Notes: a model not told the origin generated them from the sequence alone. A stretch of 64,000 nt of DNA from Alphaproteobacteria bacterium (GCA_965232515.1 CBDDPY010000002.1:4640001-4704000), one strand, 5' to 3'; shown: positions 19,571 to 28,205, numbered from the stretch's first letter. Made by a program: numbers and translations.

Positions 19571-20053
19571 ATGGGCGTTTGGGAAGATCAATTGTTCCTC
19601 GATAGTTGCGATGGCCGCATCGCGTCGTTGTACCGCTATTGGACGGCGAAGCGGAGCGGTCGCTCGATGCCTTCGCGTGGGGACATCGATCCGATCGAGA
19701 TGAAGCCGTGGCTTGGTCGCATCGCGTTGATCGATGTGGCCGAGGAGCCGGTGGGGTTGCGTTGGCGGCTTGTCGGCTCGGAATTGACCATCGAGTCTGG
19801 CGTCGATTTGACCGGCAAGCGCGTCGACGAGGCGAGCTATCTGGGTGACTCGACGGTCGCCTATTCAGCGTTGACGGAATTCGCCGCCAGGGGGCTGCCG
19901 CGCTATCGCAACGATCCCTTGACGGCCACGTCGGGCTGGTTTCGAAGCACCGAGCGCCTGTATCTGCCGTTATCGGGCGATGGCAGCCGGGTCGACATGA
20001 TCCTGCTGTACGTGTTGAACGATATTCTTGTCGATCCCTACGATCGCGGCTGA
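19571..20053 (+). CDS. Stand-alone PAS-domain protein (PAS_5/DUF1457-like)
   Basis: YWTAKRSGRSMPSRGDIDP, WRLVG, RLYLPLSGDG. Confidence 0.85.
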   Translation: MGVWEDQLFLDSCDGRIASLYRYWTAKRSGRSMPSRGDIDPIEMKPWLGRIALIDVAEEPVGLRWRLVGSELTIESGVDLTGKRVDEASYLGDSTVAYSALTEFAARGLPRYRNDPLTATSGWFRSTERLYLPLSGDGSRVDMILLYVLNDILVDPYDRG

Positions 20054-20070
20054 CCCGGCCGCAATCCCCC

Positions 20071-21399
20071 TCAATTCGGATCCGTCCTGTTGCGCGGACC
20101 GCTGAATTCATAGGCACCGATGTCCGGATCGCCGTCGCGTCCGCGCAGCGCGCCGGCCGCGTCGCGCCGGACGGCGTCGGGAAGATGAACGCCGCGATCG
20201 ATCAATTCATGCGCCGTCGCGCGCAGACGCAGGTCGCGTTGTTGCGCATTCACGAATGTCCGCTCGGCCAGACCAATATCCAGCACGTGATTTTGACGCT
20301 TGTCGACCTGCATGCCGGCATGTGTTTCGATCGCATGGCCAAGAACGTTGTTCCGAATGGCGACGCGGCTGACGGCCTTTGGATTGCGGCCGTCAATGGC
20401 GACGAGGATCGACTGGCCATTGGCGAACAGCGTGTTGTGGTCGACGCGGCCGCCATCGACATTGACCACGGCGATGCCGATCTCGGTCGAATCGACGACA
20501 ACGTTGTTGACGACCCGTCCACCGATATGCCCAGGCGTCTCGAGGCCCTCGCCACCGAAGACGATGCCGATATGGCATCGCGCCACCCGGTTTCCGGCGA
20601 TCAGGGTTCCGGTTGATGCGCTCTTGAGCTGAATGCAAGCGCCACGGTCGAAGCGGGAATGGGATTGCTCGGTCGGGCGACGGATGTCGTGCAGGTGGTT
20701 GCCGATGATCTGGAACCGGTCGCAGCGATTGCAGTCGATGCCTTGAAAGTTCCCGCCGCCCGGATGACTCGTATGGAAGATCTCGTTTCCACGCAGGACG
20801 ATGTCTCGGGGCCGGTCCCGCGGGTCGCCGCTGCCCGAGCCTTTGATTTCGGCATGGCTGTTAAGGGGACGGCGCCGGTGGTTGTCAAAGATTCGGTTGC
20901 TATCGAGCGTGATATGCGCGGCGCCCCTGTCGAAGAACACGCCGTGATAACCCCCGCCCGTGATGTCGAGATGCCGGATTTCGATGTGCCGGGCGCGGCT
21001 GAACTTCACGGTGATGTTGGCGCCACGGCCATCGATGACGGCGCTGCCCGGCCCGTCGCGAGCCCGCAGCACGATCGGCGCATCGCGGCTGCCTGAATTG
21101 CCGTCGGTGAAGCGCAACGTGCCCCGATAGCGACCGGGCAGGATTTCGATGATGTCGCCAGGCCGCGCCTGCCCGATCGCCATCCGCAGCTGCGGCATCG
21201 TCGCAACGGTCACGGCAGTGTCCGCTTCGCCGGTGGCGACCGGCGTCGTCCCGATGGCAAGGGCGAGCAGAAATGGACCGCCAGCGCGAAGGCGTTGGTG
21301 AAGGTGTTTCGCGGATAGAAATCGATCCACGCTCGATCCCATTGCCATGCGGTGACCGCAACCGTTCGGCATGATGCGAATTAGGGCGGCGTTCGGCAA
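20071..21399 (-). CDS. Secreted right-handed beta-helix (pectate lyase-like) protein
   Basis: ARPGDIIEILPGRY, repeated I.GN.(I/L) strands, C-terminal PDIGAYE; start uncertain. Confidence 0.8.
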   Translation of the reverse strand: MPNAALIRIMPNGCGHRMAMGSSVDRFLSAKHLHQRLRAGGPFLLALAIGTTPVATGEADTAVTVATMPQLRMAIGQARPGDIIEILPGRYRGTLRFTDGNSGSRDAPIVLRARDGPGSAVIDGRGANITVKFSRARHIEIRHLDITGGGYHGVFFDRGAAHITLDSNRIFDNHRRRPLNSHAEIKGSGSGDPRDRPRDIVLRGNEIFHTSHPGGGNFQGIDCNRCDRFQIIGNHLHDIRRPTEQSHSRFDRGACIQLKSASTGTLIAGNRVARCHIGIVFGGEGLETPGHIGGRVVNNVVVDSTEIGIAVVNVDGGRVDHNTLFANGQSILVAIDGRNPKAVSRVAIRNNVLGHAIETHAGMQVDKRQNHVLDIGLAERTFVNAQQRDLRLRATAHELIDRGVHLPDAVRRDAAGALRGRDGDPDIGAYEFSGPRNRTDPN

Positions 21400-21854
21400 T
21401 CACATAGCCGGCTGGACTGTCGGCGCAGGATGGCCGCCTCGCCAGTCATGGCGATGGCGATGCTGAGTGCCAGGGTCGAGCGGCCCTGCGGGTTGCTGCG
21501 GTGGTACCGGAGCATGCGCGCCAGGCGCAGCAGGATATGCCGCGTCCAGTCCCGACCGATATCATTGTCTACGGTGAGCAGATCGCGATCGAGATGTTGC
21601 GGCCACAACGGCGGCAGGTCGCGCGCTCGGTCGTAGAATGCAGCCGCGGCGCGGATGCGTCGCTTGCGCGCCGCCAGGCCCTGGGCGCGCGCCTGGGCGG
21701 AGGCGATGGCGACATGCGGCGAGACGCCGCGGCGCAGCAGACCTGAAACCAGTCCCGGATTTGGCGTCGGAACGGCAGCGTCGCCGTCCGAGGCCGTTTC
21801 CGGCGGATTGCCGTTCGTATCACGAGCGGCGGTGGCGGCGGTCTTGGTCATCAT
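21381..21854 (-). CDS. DUF6477-like protein
   Basis: RIRAAAAFYDRARDLPPL motif resembles DUF6477 (recognition from memory). Confidence 0.55.
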   Translation of the reverse strand: MMTKTAATAARDTNGNPPETASDGDAAVPTPNPGLVSGLLRRGVSPHVAIASAQARAQGLAARKRRIRAAAAFYDRARDLPPLWPQHLDRDLLTVDNDIGRDWTRHILLRLARMLRYHRSNPQGRSTLALSIAIAMTGEAAILRRQSSRLCDCRTPP

Positions 21855-21878
21855 TGGCCCCCCGGCAGCGTCAAGGCA

Positions 21879-22313
21879 TCAGGCGTGGATGGCGACGACG
21901 CTTTGGCTCGACGAAACGGCGCGCCGATCAAGCGTGCGGCGTAGATAGCCCTGCAGGCAGGAAATCACGCCTGCTTTCGTCCCGTCATGGTGCGGGCTGG
22001 GATCGTCGAACACTCGCCAGGGGATGCCGAGGGTAGTGGCAACGCGTTTCATCACCTGCGGGGAAACGGCGATCGGCGAGCGGTGGCGCGGCAGATCGAT
22101 GTCCGGATTATCCTGCAGAAAATCGGCACGCAGTTCGGGATCGGCGAGAAAATGACCGCAGGCGCAGCCGGGCGTGCCGCAGAAATGAAAGACGAATGCA
22201 TGGTCGTAGGTCTCGGACCGCTCGATGGTGGCAATCAGTCGTTGCAGTCGTTGGCGGCGTCGGATGCTCTCGGGATCGATGTTTGGAATGTCGCGAGGGT
22301 CGATCATTCGCAT
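21879..22313 (-). CDS. Hypothetical phage-like protein
   Basis: HFCGTPGCACGH motif; first gene after the leftward operator/promoter. Confidence 0.6.
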   Translation of the reverse strand: MRMIDPRDIPNIDPESIRRRQRLQRLIATIERSETYDHAFVFHFCGTPGCACGHFLADPELRADFLQDNPDIDLPRHRSPIAVSPQVMKRVATTLGIPWRVFDDPSPHHDGTKAGVISCLQGYLRRTLDRRAVSSSQSVVAIHA

Positions 22314-22466
22314 GAGGCAGGTTTCCCATTCTTGCGCTGCTGTTCCGGCGCCGGCGCGTTTTCGTCGCACGTGCGCCGCTGAATAGCTGGCCGCATTGGT
22401 GTGGCCGATCTATGGCCGTTGCGTGGCGGCAAGATGCCCGTCCCGGTTTCGGGCGGCTGTGATATA

Positions 22467-22516
22467 TGTGTAGCATAGTTATGCGGTATACGCAAATGAT
22501 AATCGCATAATTATGC
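22467..22516 (-). promoter_or_regulatory. Leftward promoter with two repressor operators (OL-like)
   Basis: GCATAGTTATGC 22473-22484 and GCATAATTATGC 22505-22516; minus-strand TTGCGT (22495-22490)-17 nt-TACACA (22472-22467) with the first operator inside the spacer. Confidence 0.7.
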
Positions 22517-22585
22517 GTTATTGAGTTCCAGATATCGCGCGCGCCGCGTGACGGCGGCACGCGTCAGGACTGAATCGGGAGAGAT

Positions 22586-23188
22586 CTATCGCCGTCTGGG
22601 CTTGTAGACCCAGCGGACGACGGCGCCGTTGCGGATAATCACATCTTCGATTTCGGGCGCGTTGTACGAAGCCAGGCTGAACAGGCCCGGCCGGGTTCCG
22701 CGGCGGACCTGTTTCAGAAACCTTCGGCCGTCGTTGAGCTCGACGATACAGTCTTCACCAAGCAGTTCACTGAGGTCCTGCACCGGAATCTCGTCGAAGA
22801 AGATGATGTCGCGGTCCTTGTAAACGGGATACATGGACTGCCCGCGAATGATCGCGGCCTCGGTGCCGACGGGACCTTCTGCCTCGTCGATGCCGTCCGC
22901 ATCATCGAGAGCGAACACCTCTTCGCCGGCTCCGACATAGAACTTCACTTTCACGACCCCAAATGCGCTTTCCTCGCCCAGCAGAGCAGCGACAGAAACG
23001 CCTTGCTGCCGCGCCAGCTTTTCCAAGACTCGGGTCGAAAGAGAGTCGGATAGTCCGTTCAGGAAGTTCCTGATTGCGCCCTCACTGACCCCCGCCGCGT
23101 CGGCCCACGGCTTGTTCTTGAGCTGCCTTCTCTGCATGAACCGGCGCAGAGCGGCACGCCTTCGTTCGGCTTCAATGTTAGCGGACAT
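22586..23188 (-). CDS. CI/LexA-like repressor (XRE HTH + peptidase S24)
   Basis: WADAAGVSEGAIRNFLNG HTH; VGAG cleavage site, RGQSMYP catalytic Ser, FLKQV catalytic Lys, LASYN. Confidence 0.9.
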   Translation of the reverse strand: MSANIEAERRRAALRRFMQRRQLKNKPWADAAGVSEGAIRNFLNGLSDSLSTRVLEKLARQQGVSVAALLGEESAFGVVKVKFYVGAGEEVFALDDADGIDEAEGPVGTEAAIIRGQSMYPVYKDRDIIFFDEIPVQDLSELLGEDCIVELNDGRRFLKQVRRGTRPGLFSLASYNAPEIEDVIIRNGAVVRWVYKPRRR

Positions 23189-23211
23189 AGTGAAGGAAAC
23201 AATAGGCGGGT

Positions 23212-23280
23212 GCGCATAATTATGCGCTAGCATATTTATGCGAAATATCGGTTGAAATCGCATTTATATGCGATTATTTC
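23212..23280. promoter_or_regulatory. Divergent promoter region with three repressor operators (OR-like)
   Basis: GCGCATAATTATGCGC perfect palindrome 23212-23227; GCATATTTATGC 23230-23241; GCATTTATATGC 23260-23271, inside the TTGAAA (23252)-17 nt-TATTTC (23275) spacer. Confidence 0.75.
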
Positions 23281-23287
23281 TTTCGTC

Positions 23288-23929
23288 ATGATAGCGAATC
23301 AATCGGTATCCCAGCCATCACCTGCAAATTCGGACCCGATCGCCCGTGGATCGTCCGCGGAACCGGCGGACAACGGGCATGATCCATTCACGACCGTTGC
23401 CGCCGTGATCGCGTTGGAGCCGCGTCAATGTCGTTGGCCGAACGGTGTGCCTGGGCATTCGGGGTTCCATTTCTGCGGTGCGCGGACGGCCGTCGGCGAA
23501 AGCTATTGCGCGGAGCATCTGCGTCGATCCCTGCATCGCTCGGAGCGTCGGACGCCGGAAGCCTTGTATCGCTTGAACAGGGCGCAGCAAGCCGCCGTCA
23601 TGGATGGCGGTCGATCGGACGCCCTTGCCGTTCCGGCAGAGACAAAGACGACGACATCCCGATCGCGGCTTCAGCGACAGCCGCGACAATCCGACGTCAA
23701 TCCGCCGGTTCCGCAGCAGAAGCTGGCACGCGGTGTGCTGCAGCGTCAGTTGTTCGACTTTCTCAGGCGACAGCCTCGCGGGGTCGATCTCGCACCGGCC
23801 CGCGACATCGCGCAGCAACTGGACTTGAAACCGGAAACCGTGCGCGGCCAGCTCAGCCGGTTCGAGGCGCGGGGTTGGATCCGGCGCCAACCGTTCGATC
23901 TGCTGCACGATCCCACTGCCGCGACGTGA
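23288..23929 (+). CDS. GcrA C-terminal-type Cys/His domain fused to a C-terminal winged HTH
   Basis: CRWPNG...FHFCG...YCAEH followed by ARDIAQQLDLKPETVRGQLSRFEARGWIRR. Confidence 0.75.
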   Translation: MIANQSVSQPSPANSDPIARGSSAEPADNGHDPFTTVAAVIALEPRQCRWPNGVPGHSGFHFCGARTAVGESYCAEHLRRSLHRSERRTPEALYRLNRAQQAAVMDGGRSDALAVPAETKTTTSRSRLQRQPRQSDVNPPVPQQKLARGVLQRQLFDFLRRQPRGVDLAPARDIAQQLDLKPETVRGQLSRFEARGWIRRQPFDLLHDPTAAT

Positions 23930-23937
23930 GCCGGACG

Positions 23938-24132
23938 ATGTTGTCATCATTGCTCGGCAAACGCGCCGGCCAGAGCCCGGCCACCGCCGAAGATATCCGT
24001 GAGATGGCCCAGCGCGCCTGGCGTCAGAAGGGACTGGCGCTGATCGATCCGGCCGATGTGCCGGACCCGTTCGCGCGCCAGGCCATCATCAACGAAGCCG
24101 AACGCCTCTATGGCGAACGATTGGAGGCGTAG
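23938..24132 (+). CDS. Small phage-type hypothetical protein (64 aa)
   Basis: MLSSLLGK...MAQRAWRQKGLALIDP...RQAIINEAERLYG; ATG 8 nt after the upstream stop. Confidence 0.7.
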   Translation: MLSSLLGKRAGQSPATAEDIREMAQRAWRQKGLALIDPADVPDPFARQAIINEAERLYGERLEA

Positions 24133-24204
24133 GGACGTGGGCGAAAGCGAGCAATTCCGGCTGATGCCCCGGGGCGCCTGTCATGCGGACGACGGAGCAT
24201 CGGC

Positions 24205-24861
24205 ATGAAAGCTGGCGCAGACAGGCCGCGACGGCCGGGCAACGCGAACCTCGATACGGCCACCGATGAGCGGGTTTCGCGCGCATCCGCTGCGGCCGAG
24301 AAGATCCGACGGGACGACCGGGCGCGTCAGAAACGATCCGATGAGATGACGCCGCTCGACTGGCGGGCACGGCACGATCCGCTGGGCGGCAAGCAGCGCG
24401 CCGTCGTCCGCCACGGCCTGACCATGGCGGACGCTCACGGCACGATTTCGCACCCGCACCGGGTCTTCGACACGCTGGCCGCGCTGCATCGCCGCGGCGC
24501 CATCGACGATCCGGCCTATGCCGCCGGCGAGCGCTTTCGAAACGACTGGGAACGGGCGCATCTCGACCCCTTGCATTCGCCGGCGCTGGATCGGGTGCTG
24601 GGCGCCAGTGGGGGTGGTGGCGAGCACATTTCCGAACGGGCGGCGCGGGCGCGTGACGAAATCTGGCAGGCGTTGCAGGCGCTGGGCGGTCATGCCACGC
24701 CGATCGGCTCGGCCGCCTGGCACGTTCTCGGCTTTGGCCTAACGATAAAGGACTTCGCCGGCCGGACCCAACTCGGCCAAGGACGCGCGCTTGACGAACG
24801 TACGGCGCGGGGGCTGGTGATCGGCGCCTGCTGCGTGCTGGCCGGCCATTACGGGACGTGA
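24205..24861 (+). CDS. DUF6456-like protein (phage late regulator / GafA-GafZ-like domain)
   Basis: DTLAALHRRGAIDDPAYAAGERFRNDWERA, AAWHVLGFGLTI and LAGHYG C-terminus. Confidence 0.7.
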   Translation: MKAGADRPRRPGNANLDTATDERVSRASAAAEKIRRDDRARQKRSDEMTPLDWRARHDPLGGKQRAVVRHGLTMADAHGTISHPHRVFDTLAALHRRGAIDDPAYAAGERFRNDWERAHLDPLHSPALDRVLGASGGGGEHISERAARARDEIWQALQALGGHATPIGSAAWHVLGFGLTIKDFAGRTQLGQGRALDERTARGLVIGACCVLAGHYGT

Positions 24862-24899
24862 TATGCAATCCCGTCTTTTGGTCTGACGGAGTTGCCGGC

Positions 24900-25118
24900 A
24901 TGAAGGTGACGATCGAATACTGCGTCCAGTGAAACTACGAACCGAATGCTCTCCGTGCGAGGGACCGGCTGGTGGAGAAGGCGGGCGCCGAGGTTGAGTT
25001 CATCAAATCCGGCGGCGGTGTTTTCGAGATCACCGTGGACGGCGCCTTGCGGTTCTCGAAGAAGCAGCTCGGCCGTTTTCCGACCGACGAAGAGGTCGAT
25101 GCGCTGATACCCAACTGA
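24900..25118 (+). CDS. SelT/SelW/SelH (Rdx) family selenoprotein, 72 aa, Sec at TGA 24930-24932
   Basis: MKVTIEYCVQ-U-NYEPNALRA...SGGGVFEITVDGALRFSKKQLGRFPTDEEV: CxxU plus the GVFEI/FSK/RFP family motifs across an in-frame UGA. Confidence 0.9.
24933..24975 (+). promoter_or_regulatory. Candidate bacterial SECIS element
   Basis: ctctc (24949-24953)/gaggg (24959-24963) stem with a G-containing loop just 3' of the UGA; lower stem imperfect. Confidence 0.45.
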
Positions 25119-25166
25119 TCCGTTTGGCGATAGGACGGCGAACGCCGAGTGACGATGCCGGCGCAA

Positions 25167-26162
25167 TCAGCCGGTGGTGCGTCTGATGCCGTGCCATTCC
25201 TGTCGCGTCCACTCGACGCAGGCGATGCTCTGCTCGAAGAGCGAATAGCGGCAGCCTTCACCGTAATCGAGGTTCGGGATGAACTCGGTCGAGATCTGAC
25301 CGAGTTGGCCGTCCGGATCGTCGGCGTGGTGGCGCAACAGGTGACGGATCGCCTCCTTCCACGGCGCCAGCGCTTCTTCGTCCCAGTCGGCGTGGTACTC
25401 GCCGGGCCCGGGTCGTTTGAACGGATACTGGATGCCGCGGCCGGGCCGGCCCTGATCGTCGCGGGCCATGGTGTTCTTCGGGTTGTTGGGCACGGCGGCC
25501 CGCGCATGGCAATGGCGCACCCAGCCGGCGTCGATCCATTCGTCGATGACGTTGCCCGGATGAAACGGATTCAACACCAGCTCGCCGGCTTCGACGGCTG
25601 GCCGGATGTTCTGGACGTCCTGTTCTTTGGGGTTGTCGATCTTGAAGATGACGTGGCTGTGGTCGAGCGTCATGTGGAATGGCGCGCCGGCCGCTTCGAC
25701 GGCGCGCGCGACGTCGCCGACGCGGCGGAAATCCTCCGACCACATGTTGACGTGCACCTCGAAGCACGGGGTTACGCCGTATTTCTGTCCGAGCTCGTGG
25801 AATGACAGATAGGTTTCAACGACGCGCTCATTGCTGACCAACTCGTTGTCGGCGTCATAGGTCATGATCTGCGTGTTGTGCACCAGCGAGCCGAGCTGTT
25901 TCGCCATCCGCAGGTTCTCTTCGAACAGCGGCTCGTCGCGCCCCAGCGTGTAGAACCAGCCGCCGGCGCGTACCGGCAGGTCGTATTTGGCGCTCGCCTC
26001 GAGAAACTGTTCCAGCTCGCCGGGTCCCGGCGTCTTGTCGACATAGTCGAAGACGCCGGCCTCTTTCACCATGCGGAACCGCGTGTCGATATCGGGCATC
26101 GGATCGGCATGGGTATGCTTGATGCCGTTGGTCTGAATGCCGAACAGCAGCTTGTCGGCCAT
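25167..26162 (-). CDS. Xylose isomerase-like TIM barrel protein
   Basis: FEVHVNMWSE, TLDHSH, HCHAR and STEFI metal-ligand motifs. Confidence 0.75.
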   Translation of the reverse strand: MADKLLFGIQTNGIKHTHADPMPDIDTRFRMVKEAGVFDYVDKTPGPGELEQFLEASAKYDLPVRAGGWFYTLGRDEPLFEENLRMAKQLGSLVHNTQIMTYDADNELVSNERVVETYLSFHELGQKYGVTPCFEVHVNMWSEDFRRVGDVARAVEAAGAPFHMTLDHSHVIFKIDNPKEQDVQNIRPAVEAGELVLNPFHPGNVIDEWIDAGWVRHCHARAAVPNNPKNTMARDDQGRPGRGIQYPFKRPGPGEYHADWDEEALAPWKEAIRHLLRHHADDPDGQLGQISTEFIPNLDYGEGCRYSLFEQSIACVEWTRQEWHGIRRTTG

Positions 26163-26236
26163 CGTCGCCTCCCGGTCTTTTTCGTTTCCCTAATGTTAGC
26201 CGGATTGCGTGGGCGATGGAGACGTTATCGGCTCGG

Positions 26237-26935
26237 CTATCTCAGGGTGTCGACGACGTCGGCATAGGTCTGCAACGCGTCCCGGCCCTTCGGCGACAAA
26301 GTGTAGATGCCGCGTTCGACCCGCTGGAACCAGCCGTAGACGTCCTTCTGCAGGATGCTGGCGGCTTTCTGCACGCCGCTGGCCTGCCGCAAAACGGCGA
26401 GTTTCATGGGGCCGTCCGTGCCCAGCCAAGTGGCGCACCTCAGCGCGTCCTGGCGATAGGCGGTGACGACCGGCCGCTTGTTGACGCCGCCGCTGTTCGG
26501 GTCGCCGACGCGGTGTTCGAATTCCTTCAGCAACAGATTGCCGCGGCGGCGGTTCTTGCGCGGCTGGTACGGCGCCGGATCGAGATGCGCCTCGACCTTC
26601 GCCGCCCGACGGTTGCCGATATGCACGGCCAGCAGGCCGAGACCCAAAAGTCGGCAGAGGCGGTGGATATCGCGCCGGCGCCGCTGCCAGATCGCGGTCC
26701 GGGCCTGGCCGGCGGGAACGCCGATGGCGAGATAGACATCGTCGGCGATGCGCTGACGATCGATGCCCTGGAATACCAGCTCGAGATTGAAGCGCTGTTT
26801 CAGCTCGACAATGACCGGCGGCTCGTCGTCCCGCCGGGCCACCAGATCACAGTTCCGGACCTCGCCCTTGACGACGTAGCCTTGGCTTTCCAGGTAGGCC
26901 TTTACGGGTGCGTAGAGCTCGGATTCGCGCGTCAT
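26237..26935 (-). CDS. DUF2161 family putative PD-(D/E)XK nuclease-like protein
   Basis: ESELYAPVK, CDLVA, IVELK, VTAYRQDAL, YGWFQRVERG. Confidence 0.8.
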   Translation of the reverse strand: MTRESELYAPVKAYLESQGYVVKGEVRNCDLVARRDDEPPVIVELKQRFNLELVFQGIDRQRIADDVYLAIGVPAGQARTAIWQRRRRDIHRLCRLLGLGLLAVHIGNRRAAKVEAHLDPAPYQPRKNRRRGNLLLKEFEHRVGDPNSGGVNKRPVVTAYRQDALRCATWLGTDGPMKLAVLRQASGVQKAASILQKDVYGWFQRVERGIYTLSPKGRDALQTYADVVDTLR

Positions 26936-27039
26936 CGAATTGCCTTATCCGCTGCCCAGAATGTAGGTGATTCGGCCCGAGCTCGAGAATGGGTAGTTGA
27001 CTGTGCCCCGTCTCGGATCCGTCGCGGAGCGAAAACGCC

Positions 27040-27696
27040 ATGGCAGATGACGATCATCCGGAAGAGACGTTGATCGAGGAGGTCGTCAACACGCTGACGC
27101 ACGGGGTCGGCGCGGTGCTGAGTATGGTCGGGCTCGGTGTGCTGATCTGGCTGGCGGTGACAGACGGCGGCGCGGCGGTGATCGCCAGCGCCGTGGTTTA
27201 TGGGGCGGCGCTGGTGATCCTCTATCTCAGCTCGACGCTCTATCACGGCACCTGGCACGGTGGCGCCAAGCGTATCCTTTTGGCTGTCGACCATTGCGCG
27301 ATCTTTCTGCTGATCGCCGGCACCTATACGCCGATCGCGATGCTGACCATGCCGCTGTCATTCGGCCTGCCATTGGTTCTTGCGGTATGGCTGCTTGCCG
27401 TGGTCGGCATCGTCCTGCGGCTGTGCGTCGTTCGGCTGTTCGACCGCATCTCGACCATGCTTTATCTGGCGATCGGCTGGCTTGGCATCGTCTGGGCCGG
27501 ACCGCTGGTCAAGGGGCTGGGCGCCGGCGGGTCGTTGCTGCTGCTGGCGGGCGGGCTGTCCTATACGGCCGGTGTACCGTTCTACGCTTGGCGTCGCCTC
27601 CGCTTCAATCATGCGATCTGGCATGTCTTCGTGCTGACTGGCAGCGCCCTGCACTTTTTCGCGATCGCGCTATACGCTCTGCCGGCGGTGGGTTGA
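27040..27696 (+). CDS. Hemolysin III / PAQR membrane protein
   Basis: EEVVNTLTHG, SSTLYH, DHCAIFLLIAGTYTP, HAIWHVFV. Confidence 0.92.
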   Translation: MADDDHPEETLIEEVVNTLTHGVGAVLSMVGLGVLIWLAVTDGGAAVIASAVVYGAALVILYLSSTLYHGTWHGGAKRILLAVDHCAIFLLIAGTYTPIAMLTMPLSFGLPLVLAVWLLAVVGIVLRLCVVRLFDRISTMLYLAIGWLGIVWAGPLVKGLGAGGSLLLLAGGLSYTAGVPFYAWRRLRFNHAIWHVFVLTGSALHFFAIALYALPAVG

Positions 27697-28203
27697 CGAT
27701 CGCTGAACCGCGTAGCGCACCAGACCGTGAGCGCCGCTCGCGCGGAACCAGATACGGGTCATGCCGCATTTTTCCAGGACATGGTGAGAGGCGGCATTGT
27801 CGCCGCGCGCCATGGCGACAATCTGATGCAGCGACAAGGTGTTGAAACCGTAGGCGAGCGCGGCGCTGGCGGCTTCCGTGGCATAGCCGCGGCTACGGAA
27901 AGCGGGCAGCAAGCCATAGGTCAGTTCCACATCGGCGCCATCGTCGGACCAGCGCAAGCCGCATTCGCCGACAAAGCATCCGCTTCCACGCTCGATCATG
28001 GCCCAGATGCCGAACCCATGCGTGTGCCAGTGGTCGAGAATGATCTCCAATTGATGTTCGGCGGCGGCCGTGTCGAGGACACCGAGCTTGCGGATCGCCA
28101 TGACCTCGGCATTACCATAGAATGCGACGATCCGTGCTCGATCGCCCTGAGAAAATGGCCGCAGGTGCAGGCGATCGGTGAAGACCTCCTTATCACCTAC
28201 CAA
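27670..28203 (-). CDS. GNAT (RimJ/RimL-type) N-acetyltransferase
   Basis: TDRLHLRP, RSRGYATEA, NAASHHVLEKCGM; start taken at TTG 28203. Confidence 0.85.
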   Translation of the reverse strand: MVGDKEVFTDRLHLRPFSQGDRARIVAFYGNAEVMAIRKLGVLDTAAAEHQLEIILDHWHTHGFGIWAMIERGSGCFVGECGLRWSDDGADVELTYGLLPAFRSRGYATEAASAALAYGFNTLSLHQIVAMARGDNAASHHVLEKCGMTRIWFRASGAHGLVRYAVQRSSTHRRQSV

Positions 28204-28205
28204 CG

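Larger units (their letters stand above)
21381..24861. mobile_element. Phage-derived regulatory module (defective prophage remnant or domesticated GTA-type switch)
   Basis: S24 repressor flanked by operator arrays, with divergent phage-type genes; no integrase, terminase, capsid or att repeat seen. Confidence 0.7.

Noticed and set aside
21381-24861. Intact prophage
   Set aside because: No integrase, replication, structural or lysis genes, and no att repeats visible
26237-26935. DUF2161 nuclease-like gene as part of a defence system or of the phage module
   Set aside because: It is a widespread stand-alone gene, separated from the module by host genes, with no defence partners adjacent
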